From a virus (taxonomy: Duplodnaviria; Caudoviricetes), in IMG/VR virus record IMGVR_UViG_3300025803_000095, positions 1 to 24,703 of that record: a stretch of 24,703 nt of DNA; one strand, 5' to 3'. A model generated the notes under the pieces. The model worked only from the letters and a program-made list of their open reading frames with translations, did no database searches and was not told the DNA's origin. Both the position numbers and the translations under genes were made by a program. Shown here piece by piece: positions 9,754-16,662 of this stretch; position 1 is the first letter of the stretch, and the number at the start of each line of letters is the position of its first letter.

Positions 9754-10227
9754 TTATTTCCTATAATACATACCGCCTATCTGGTGAAAGCCTTTCTTGT
9801 CAAAAAGTTTCTTAGCTCTTTCTACACCTTCTAGGTTAAAAATGCCAAGAATCAAAGGCTTGTCTTGCTCTTTAGCATAATCTATTACTGCATCTATTAA
9901 AAGATGTGACGGTGGGATTTGGTCTTTTAAGTTCCTGTATTCAGGTAACACATAAAACCAACCATCGCCAATGTATTGTTCTGCTGACCACCAATAGTCA
10001 TCTGGTCCTGCAGCAATACTACCAATGATTGTATCACCATCTAGTACATTATACACAATACCATTAAACAAGAAATGGTTTATGTGAGAGGATGCTCTGC
10101 CCCATTCAATGGGTGGAGATCCTTCGCCTGACAGAGAATGTTCTGCCCAAAAGTTTTCTGCTAAAAAATCAGCTATGCGTTTACCGTTTTCTGGTATAGG
10201 TTCTACCTTTTCTAAGGTTAGATTCAT
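9754..10227 (-). CDS. GNAT-fold putative acetyltransferase
   Basis: IIGSIAA strand, WFYVLPEYR, LLIDAVIDYAKE helix, LFDKKGFHQIG. Sits directly before the ejection genes, like T7 gp13 / P22 gp14. Confidence 0.75.
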   Translation of the reverse strand: MNLTLEKVEPIPENGKRIADFLAENFWAEHSLSGEGSPPIEWGRASSHINHFLFNGIVYNVLDGDTIIGSIAAGPDDYWWSAEQYIGDGWFYVLPEYRNLKDQIPPSHLLIDAVIDYAKEQDKPLILGIFNLEGVERAKKLFDKKGFHQIGGMYYRK

Positions 10228-11417
10228 ACAAGTTGTTGAGCTATTTCTTCTCCGAATTTTTGCATCTTGTACATTTCACGAGCGCCTAATAGTCTTTGCT
10301 CGTATTCATCGTTAGGATCCGCGCCAGCCGCTATACCCATGCCTCTTACTGCTGCTGAGTTAGTTACAAATTCACCATCACTTAGCATAGCAGGGATTTG
10401 ATCACCTTTTTCTCCACCGGGACCGGTGACAAGCTGGTCTCTTTCTACAAAAGTACCATCCTTAGCATACAACTGACTGGCTATACGCCTAGGTTGTAGA
10501 TCATCTACAAAAGTAGCTTCTCTTGGAGGTGCTACCAATGGTGAGAAAGGTGTTCCTTTGGCTTGTGAATAAATTTTAGATACTTCAGATGGATAGAATC
10601 TATAAACATCTGGTGTTACATCTTTAGCATCAATACTAATACTAGAGCCAGGTGTTGTATCTCTGTAACCCATTGATCTAGCGTAAGCTCCTATGCCTTC
10701 TGAAGGTGCGCCATATGCTCTAGCAAGAGCAGTGGCCATATCTTCTTCTGTAGCTTCGCCTGTATCTACGCCTAAAATATTTTCTAGATAATCGTTAATA
10801 TCAAAATCTCTAAAATCAAAACCAGCTATACCGCCATATTGAAATCTTTGTATTTGAGGTATGCTTGCTTGAGATCCTTTAATTATTTGACCGCCAACTA
10901 AAGGAGTAAAATCACTAGCTTCTGCAACAAGAGATAACATTTCTCCTATTTTTTCTATGTCAGATTTTTTTTCTTTATCCTCTTCTTCTTTTTTATTAAC
11001 CTCTTCTAGATCTTCTTCCGCTTCATCTTGTGCATCTTTGTCAAATACATCACTGAAATCAATATCTTGACCTGTGCTTATATTAGGAGTATTAATCATC
11101 ATAGATGGTATGCCACCTCCCGGAACTAAACCAACAGCATCGCCTGTTGCAAAGCCTTCAACCTCTTCTTTTGTTTTTGTGTTGTAAGGTTTGCCCATAA
11201 ACTCAAAAACATCATCGCCTCTTTCTCTGGCACGTTTAAACTCTATCTCAAACATTTCTCTAATGCTCATATCAGCTTGTGCTTGACGCTCATCAAAGCC
11301 TTCTGGTTTAAGGATATCACGCATGTATTCTTGTGTTGGCCCAAGACCTGACATAGGGGAACCAATTCCACCTCTGATTGCTTCGTAAATTTTTCTAAGG
11401 TTACTTTTGTCTTCCAT
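10224..11417 (-). CDS. Acidic putative internal virion protein with tape-measure-like C-terminal motif
   Basis: 397 aa, acidic low-complexity middle, C-terminal GPGGEKGDQIPAMLSDGEFVTNSAAVRGMG. ATGA overlap with the GNAT gene. Confidence 0.65.
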   Translation of the reverse strand: MEDKSNLRKIYEAIRGGIGSPMSGLGPTQEYMRDILKPEGFDERQAQADMSIREMFEIEFKRARERGDDVFEFMGKPYNTKTKEEVEGFATGDAVGLVPGGGIPSMMINTPNISTGQDIDFSDVFDKDAQDEAEEDLEEVNKKEEEDKEKKSDIEKIGEMLSLVAEASDFTPLVGGQIIKGSQASIPQIQRFQYGGIAGFDFRDFDINDYLENILGVDTGEATEEDMATALARAYGAPSEGIGAYARSMGYRDTTPGSSISIDAKDVTPDVYRFYPSEVSKIYSQAKGTPFSPLVAPPREATFVDDLQPRRIASQLYAKDGTFVERDQLVTGPGGEKGDQIPAMLSDGEFVTNSAAVRGMGIAAGADPNDEYEQRLLGAREMYKMQKFGEEIAQQLV

Positions 11418-11535
11418 TTTCTTTTTGTTTTTTTAGTTCGCGTTCTTGCATTAACAGTTGTAAGTCATGCCAACGATACATCTTCTGATTTACATCATCC
11501 CAGAACCAGCCTTTGTAATCTTGCGATTGTTCCAT
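11401..11535 (-). CDS. Small hypothetical protein, 44 aa (not in ORF track)
   Basis: Hand translation MEQSQDYKGWFWDDVNQKMYRWHDLQLLMQERELKKQKENGRQK*. Fills the 130-bp gap, starts 12 nt after the upstream stop and overlaps the next gene by 17 nt. Confidence 0.7.
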   Translation of the reverse strand: MEQSQDYKGWFWDDVNQKMYRWHDLQLLMQERELKKQKENGRQK

Positions 11536-11547
11536 TTGCTTAATTTA

Positions 11548-11874
11548 TCATAAAGTTAAGGTTATATCACCATTTGTTTTAATACTAACAACTCCTAATT
11601 GTGCATTGCCTTGGTAACCATGAGGGCTAACAGGGGTATGTAGCTGCAACCATGCGTTGCCAGTGTAAACCTGTAGTACGCCAATAGATGTATTCCATAT
11701 CACATCGCCAGCGTTAAAAGCAAAGGTGCTTATTTCACTGTCATTAAACTGTGGTGTCGAATTTGGGTCAAACTTTCCTAAGTTAATCTCTAGTATTCTA
11801 ACTAGCCGATTGAATATGTTCGCATCAACCTCAGTTAATGCTAATGGTAACCTACTATCAAGAAGCTTTGCCAT
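11548..11874 (-). CDS. Small tail-associated structural protein
   Basis: 108 aa, TAATG-coupled to the nozzle gene. N-terminal helix, fibre-like GDVIWNTSIGVLQVYTGNAW motif, C-terminal beta repeat unit. Confidence 0.65.
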   Translation of the reverse strand: MAKLLDSRLPLALTEVDANIFNRLVRILEINLGKFDPNSTPQFNDSEISTFAFNAGDVIWNTSIGVLQVYTGNAWLQLHTPVSPHGYQGNAQLGVVSIKTNGDITLTL

Positions 11875-13760
11875 TATCTTCTGCCATCAGTTCTAATATC
11901 GAATCTATTAGCTCCTAGTCTCCATTTAAATCCAGTGCGTACTGCTGTATTTGCATCATCATCTGACTGTACTCTAAACACCATTTGTCTTGCTCTAGTT
12001 CTAACAAAGTTTTGTGTGGTAGAGCTGGTAACATCGCTGGTTGAACTCGTTGTTAAACTTTCGCCCGGATAGTTTCTAGATTTTAAAACATAATTTATTT
12101 GGCCGCTTGTAGGGGTGGATCCAAAAAATTTAACGTCAGGAATAATTCTGCTTACAAAACCAAATTGCTCACCTTCGTCAATATCGATATCACCAGATTC
12201 AATAAAGACATTGTCCATTGGGACACCGTCTGCATCTGAGCCAGTCTCGTGATTGTATAAAATGCTGCTGTTCCCTGAACCTTCTGTTGCCAGTGGATTG
12301 TCAAATATTCCCTCATCTAACCAAGCTGTTCTTGATAACTCTCCTATGCTCCAAACGTTTTCTAAATAATTATAAGTAATGTATCTATCTATATCATCAC
12401 TGCTTCCAGAACAATAGAACCATCCTATCTCATTAAACTCTTTGTTGCTAAAGCCGAATATTTTAAATGATTGTGTTGTATTTAAATCATCTAAAACATA
12501 ATTAAGAACACTAGAGGTAACCCTTTCAACAGCTCCTGCGTATTTATAGAAGCCATCTCGGGCCATCCAATAGACGCCATTAGGTGCATTGATAGCAGCA
12601 TTAGGAGATATCATGCCAACATTTTCATTAATTAGGTTAACGCCAAATGTAAATGGAGCACCAACAAACTGCATAGAATATAAAGATGTATCAGTCCAAA
12701 TAAGTATTTCTTGTCTTGCTCTTAAGCCGCCAACTATTTGAGAGCCTGAAGACAGTCTTATATCTCCTGCTGTATTGGTGGCTGTTGGCTCCCAATCTGT
12801 TAAACTTTCTTGACTGCTGAACGCTACAAGCAAAGGATCTACGCTTCCTGTTCTAGCGCTGCCAACAATAGGATCTGCACCCAAAACAATAACGTGACGA
12901 TCAATATCACTAACAATAGTTTGCAAGCCTTTAGTTGGCGCAAGATTAGCTCCTGATAAAGATGTAATATCTACTGCTCTAGTTGATGTTCCGCTAGATG
13001 TATCCCAATAATAAACACCGCCAGCTCTTGGATTGATAACCAAATCTTCACCGAATGCGTCATGCGACCATAATCTTAGTTGATTAGCAAAACTTGCCGC
13101 TGCCGCTGAACCCCATGTGCTAGATCCCCATGTGCTCACACCCCAACCTGTGGATGGAACATAAACATTTAGACCTGTATTGATTTGATAGGTTCCTACT
13201 GTAGATCCACCACCATTACCGCTGTCTCCAGCTGCGGCCAAAACTGGATCGCCGCTAGTATCTTTAGCCTCTATTGTATAAGAGTTAGCATTTACAATAG
13301 TTGCTATTTGATATTCTTGATTAAGCACAGCAGCAGTAATATTACCACCAAGAGATGCTGCCCCAGAGAAAGTTACAAAATCATTAGCCACAGCTCCATG
13401 AGCTGTATCAGTTACAGTAATGGTTGCATCTCCAGTTCCCACTTTAGCAAACGTTACATCACCAGCGCTGGTTGTAGATCTTATTGGAGTAACATCATTG
13501 AAGTTAGCTCCTTCCTTAACATAGTATTTTAGGTTGGTTCCCATGCCTAGAAACTTAGTAGAAGATAAAGAAACCCAGCCAAGCATGGCGCGACAAGCTC
13601 CCAAGAAAGTGTTTAAACTATTTTTAGTCCAGCCACCTATTTTTTCTGGCAAGCCTTTTCTAAAGCGAACAAGATTACCATCAGCCCAACCGCCTTTATC
13701 CATAAGGTCCGTCATCTCTTTGTTGATGCCGGGTTTAAATGTAAGTTTTGTTAAAGGCAT
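11874..13760 (-). CDS. Tail nozzle / packaged-DNA stabilisation protein (P22 gp10 / T7 gp12-like)
   Basis: 628 aa, beta-rich propeller-like pattern (ILIWTDTSLYSM, VYWMARDGFYKY, EIGWFY, YNYLENVWSIG), N-terminal KPGINKE...W.DGNLVRFR, C-terminal DGRR. Inserted beta domain ITVTDTAHG...NSYTI. Confidence 0.75.
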   Translation of the reverse strand: MPLTKLTFKPGINKEMTDLMDKGGWADGNLVRFRKGLPEKIGGWTKNSLNTFLGACRAMLGWVSLSSTKFLGMGTNLKYYVKEGANFNDVTPIRSTTSAGDVTFAKVGTGDATITVTDTAHGAVANDFVTFSGAASLGGNITAAVLNQEYQIATIVNANSYTIEAKDTSGDPVLAAAGDSGNGGGSTVGTYQINTGLNVYVPSTGWGVSTWGSSTWGSAAAASFANQLRLWSHDAFGEDLVINPRAGGVYYWDTSSGTSTRAVDITSLSGANLAPTKGLQTIVSDIDRHVIVLGADPIVGSARTGSVDPLLVAFSSQESLTDWEPTATNTAGDIRLSSGSQIVGGLRARQEILIWTDTSLYSMQFVGAPFTFGVNLINENVGMISPNAAINAPNGVYWMARDGFYKYAGAVERVTSSVLNYVLDDLNTTQSFKIFGFSNKEFNEIGWFYCSGSSDDIDRYITYNYLENVWSIGELSRTAWLDEGIFDNPLATEGSGNSSILYNHETGSDADGVPMDNVFIESGDIDIDEGEQFGFVSRIIPDVKFFGSTPTSGQINYVLKSRNYPGESLTTSSTSDVTSSTTQNFVRTRARQMVFRVQSDDDANTAVRTGFKWRLGANRFDIRTDGRR

Positions 13761-13766
13761 ATTCTA

Positions 13767-14237
13767 TTAATCTGTTTTACCTAAAGGACTTAGCTCTGGT
13801 GTTTTGTTTATCTTTAACAAAGCTTTAAGCAAAGAATCCCTTGAATCTATTTTATTTAAACTTTTAATGCTTTTAGATACTTCAGTTAAATTTTTTGTAC
13901 CATCATACGCATCAAAAAACACTTTATTAATTGGCAAAGCAACAAAACAAAACATGTCGATTTGACCATTTCCATATCTTACCACTTTATTTTGGCGAAT
14001 GTTATTAGCAGTTCTTTTACTTGTACGCAATTCCCAACGATAATAATCGTTGTCTCTTCTTACATATACAGTATTGGTAGTCTTTACTTGAACCCTGTAA
14101 AGATTGTTATCGTGGTCAAGAATAAGGTCTGCTTTGTGTCCCGGAGGTGTAGGTATTACAGAGTCACAATATCTCAGCAAGTATGATGCCGCTAGATATT
14201 CTCCTGCTAATGATATTCTAGCAGAGGACTCAGACAT
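13767..14237 (-). CDS. Free-standing PD-(D/E)XK endonuclease (homing-endonuclease-like)
   Basis: AGEYLAASYL helix, ADLIL, YRVQVKTT (QxK variant) and IDMFCFV; resembles the I-Ssp6803I-type group I intron PD-(D/E)XK family. Confidence 0.72.
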   Translation of the reverse strand: MSESSARISLAGEYLAASYLLRYCDSVIPTPPGHKADLILDHDNNLYRVQVKTTNTVYVRRDNDYYRWELRTSKRTANNIRQNKVVRYGNGQIDMFCFVALPINKVFFDAYDGTKNLTEVSKSIKSLNKIDSRDSLLKALLKINKTPELSPLGKTD

Positions 14238-14243
14238 TTTATT

Positions 14244-14630
14244 TTATTTTTCTCGACTTACGCCTTTTGTTTTCTCATATGATCTAGCACCCGCTAGTCC
14301 AAGCATTCCCATTACTATAGTGGACAGTTGCGAGAAGTCAAACTCTGGCAAGTCTACAGTATTACCAGATAAAACTAAAATCCATTCTATAAGCGGTGCA
14401 AATATAAAGTGATAAGCTAAAGATACTCCGCATACCCAACCAATAAAAGGCCTCCAGCCAGCAACAAATATAGATTTATGCGCTGCTTCTTGTTGATTTA
14501 CTTTGATTTGAGCAAGATTAGCATCTTGAATAGATATTAATAATTCATGTTCTAGTTTTTGTTTTAGATCTTTATCAGCAACAAACTTATCTAAGATATT
14601 ACTAACTGGACCAATTAATTTATCTATCAT
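14244..14630 (-). CDS. Holin (GTA-type 3TM holin family)
   Basis: EAAHKSIFVAGWRPFIGWVCG and MLGLAGARSYEKTKG signatures, hydrophobic helices, near the endolysin. Confidence 0.85.
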   Translation of the reverse strand: MIDKLIGPVSNILDKFVADKDLKQKLEHELLISIQDANLAQIKVNQQEAAHKSIFVAGWRPFIGWVCGVSLAYHFIFAPLIEWILVLSGNTVDLPEFDFSQLSTIVMGMLGLAGARSYEKTKGVSREK

Positions 14631-14899
14631 TTTCTTGCGCTACCTCCAACATACAAACCAAACCAAGCTGCACCTGCGCCTACGATTACAGAAACAAATG
14701 CTGATTGTGCGTTGGTTGGGTCAGGCAAGGTCATAAACCATTCTATAGTTCTATAAAAAGCATAACCATATAAAGTAATAAGCAATCTAGGAAAGACTCG
14801 CCATTTATCAAAACCCTCAGCTAAGTTATACCAAGTTTTTGATTCGTTATGATTGATCTCAATTGTATGAGACCGTTTCATTTGCTCATCTATATTCAT
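14627..14899 (-). CDS. Two-TM membrane protein, lysis-cassette associated
   Basis: Hydrophobic VFPRLLITLYGYAFY and AFVSVIVGAGAAWFGLYV; ATGA overlaps on both sides. Confidence 0.7.
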   Translation of the reverse strand: MNIDEQMKRSHTIEINHNESKTWYNLAEGFDKWRVFPRLLITLYGYAFYRTIEWFMTLPDPTNAQSAFVSVIVGAGAAWFGLYVGGSARK

Positions 14900-15360
14900 A
14901 ATGTAGTGTAATGGTTACCATCAAATTTTAATGCCCTATTCCTATTATTGTCTTTGCTGATATAAGAAACATGCACCCATCCACTTGATGGTACATCTTC
15001 TTGATAAAACTCTAAGAGAACAGTATCGCACTCCACATTGTCCCTGATCCATATCCCAAGCTCATAATTGGATACGGTTGGGATCTCAATATCACATGCC
15101 TGCCCTCTAGTGTGTTGGGATTTGTCTGAACTTCCCAGTCTTCTATTGAGATCAAGGCACCTATAACCACTGTTAGGAGAAAAAGGTATGCCATAATGAA
15201 CGCGTATAGGCTCCAGTACGTTTTCACATAAGAGTATAAGTTTGTTGTAAACTTCTTCATCTTTAACAGTATTATCTATTTTGAAACGATCTGCAATTTG
15301 AGACTTTTCAAATTCACGCAATCTAAAGTGAGGAGACAGCTTGTCGTTGCTGTTAAACAT
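14896..15360 (-). CDS. Endolysin, peptidase M15A family Zn peptidase
   Basis: LSPHFRLREF, SGYRC..LN, SQHTRGQACDI and WVHVS give His/Asp/His Zn ligands. Start moved to the ATG at 15360 (154 aa), 4 nt after the upstream stop, rather than 15399. Confidence 0.88.
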   Translation of the reverse strand: MFNSNDKLSPHFRLREFEKSQIADRFKIDNTVKDEEVYNKLILLCENVLEPIRVHYGIPFSPNSGYRCLDLNRRLGSSDKSQHTRGQACDIEIPTVSNYELGIWIRDNVECDTVLLEFYQEDVPSSGWVHVSYISKDNNRNRALKFDGNHYTTL

Positions 15361-15364
15361 ACGA

Positions 15365-15589
15365 TTAACTAACTGGAAACATTCCTGAAAGTACAGCAAT
15401 TATTAAAGCGCCTATAAAACCAAACACTCCAAAAGTGGCCATTTTCATAGTTTGATTGATATCAGACATTTCTCTTTTAATATCAGCAGTTTCAGAAAAT
15501 ATAGTCTTCCAACGCTCTTCACATTTTACTTCATGTGCGTGCAAGTTTGCAGCTACATCTGCGGTTGTTGGTCTTGATTTGGCGTTCAT
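15365..15589 (-). CDS. Coiled-coil plus C-terminal TM protein (XhlA/haemolysin-like lysis accessory)
   Basis: HEVKCEERW, heptad region, then FGVFGFIGALIIAVLSGMF; immediately upstream of the endolysin. Confidence 0.65.
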   Translation of the reverse strand: MNAKSRPTTADVAANLHAHEVKCEERWKTIFSETADIKREMSDINQTMKMATFGVFGFIGALIIAVLSGMFPVS

Positions 15590-15595
15590 TTAAGA

Positions 15596-15625
15596 ATTAT
15601 ATACTAAAAAAACTAATCTTTTCTA
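15596..15625 (-). promoter_or_regulatory. Candidate sigma70-type promoter, possibly for a leaderless mRNA
   Basis: Perfect TATAAT (15601-15596) 6 nt upstream of the ATG at 15589, no SD; weak -35 TAGAAA with an 18-nt spacer. Confidence 0.35.
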
Positions 15626-15894
15626 GTATCTTTTTTACCGTCAGATCTAGCTATACGATTTACATCAGGTGGTAGATTCATGGCCGCTCTAACCATAGCG
15701 TCAATACGAATCATATCGTTATCCATTTGGCGGATACGATCTATTAGAGCCACTATCATGGCATGTTGCGTATCAAGTTTTTTGTGGATGTCTGCTATAA
15801 GAGATTTAAAAAGAGTCCAAACTAAATAACCTAAACCAACTGCTCCTGCTGCTGGTATTCCTATGGTTTCAATAGCTTTGACAATCTCATTCAA
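15613..15894 (-). CDS. N-terminal TM plus coiled-coil protein (holin-like)
   Basis: IETIGIPAAGAVGLGYLVWTLF followed by heptads; TTG start overlaps the TGA of the upstream 35-aa ORF (TTGA). Confidence 0.65.
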   Translation of the reverse strand: MNEIVKAIETIGIPAAGAVGLGYLVWTLFKSLIADIHKKLDTQHAMIVALIDRIRQMDNDMIRIDAMVRAAMNLPPDVNRIARSDGKKDTRKD

Positions 15895-15998
15895 CGCTTA
15901 AATTTAGATGTAACTTTATTCCAAATCTCAGGTTTGAATCTTTTTACAGACCAAGCTAAAACTACTACTACTATTGCTAATGGTATTAATATATCCAT
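15891..15998 (-). CDS. 35-aa single-TM cationic peptide (not in ORF track)
   Basis: Hand translation MDILIPLAIVVVVLAWSVKRFKPEIWNKVTSKFKR*. SD AGGAG 6 nt upstream; fills the gap and is coupled to the next gene. Confidence 0.78.
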   Translation of the reverse strand: MDILIPLAIVVVVLAWSVKRFKPEIWNKVTSKFKR

Positions 15999-16007
15999 AA
16001 TTTACTC

Positions 16008-16634
16008 CTATGAAGATTCGTCAGGTGAAGGTGGGAACTCAGGTAACGGTCTAACTGGTGGCGTTGCATCGTTATACACATACAAAGCCTGTAGCTGAGG
16101 AACCGTTGTACAAGCGTTAATCATCGTTACTTGGCTTTGGCAAGTAGTCCTTATTGACTCCCTCCAGTTATCCCAGTCAGTAGGTATAGCTACGCCATTT
16201 TCAGACTTACGCACCACATACCAATCACTAGGTTGTAATAAGCCATAAGCTTGATTTTGTTGAGTTGTAATAGCGTTTGATTTTAAGCCTGGGCTTGTTG
16301 TTGTTTCACCAGTAGCAGGATCGGTTGTTGTTGTGTCATTTAAAGGTTTAGGCGTTGCTGTTCCGTAAGCTCCTACGACTGTTTTTGTATACGTTATACC
16401 GCTTACACTTACGCTATCGTAATAAGTAAAAGTTTCGTCTGTATTGATATAGTAAGCAGGGTCTTGGTAATTGCTTGTATCCTCAAAAACTGGGTAAACT
16501 CCTATCGTTGCTAATTCAGCATTTGACCAAGAAGACATTACATTTTGCGGATAATTTACATCCCCATAAGTAATGGCTGTTGGTCTTGTATAAACCTTGG
16601 TTACGTTATCGCTTGTATCTACTGATGCCCACAT
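16008..16634 (-). CDS. Tail fibre assembly chaperone-like protein
   Basis: C-terminal LLQPSDWYVVRKSE...WDNWRESIRT...LPEFP; follows the fibre genes; SD GAGGT. Confidence 0.68.
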   Translation of the reverse strand: MWASVDTSDNVTKVYTRPTAITYGDVNYPQNVMSSWSNAELATIGVYPVFEDTSNYQDPAYYINTDETFTYYDSVSVSGITYTKTVVGAYGTATPKPLNDTTTTDPATGETTTSPGLKSNAITTQQNQAYGLLQPSDWYVVRKSENGVAIPTDWDNWRESIRTTCQSQVTMINACTTVPQLQALYVYNDATPPVRPLPEFPPSPDESS

Positions 16635-16662
16635 AATTTTATTTTACCTCAAATTAATTATT

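Noticed and set aside
11418-11436. A-rich slippery-looking run (CTA AAA AAA CAA AAA GAA) that might fuse the 44-aa ORF to the 397-aa ORF
   Set aside because: Fusion needs a +1 shift rather than the usual -1, no stimulatory structure is visible, and the downstream gene has its own ATG.
15361-15399. 13-aa N-terminal extension of the endolysin (possible SAR or signal)
   Set aside because: Non-ATG start inside the upstream gene and not a TM-like segment; the ATG at 15360 fits better.
15604-15640. Intrinsic terminator at the end of the 93-aa gene
   Set aside because: A U-tract is present but the stem (ACTAG/TTAGT) is too weak to support the call.
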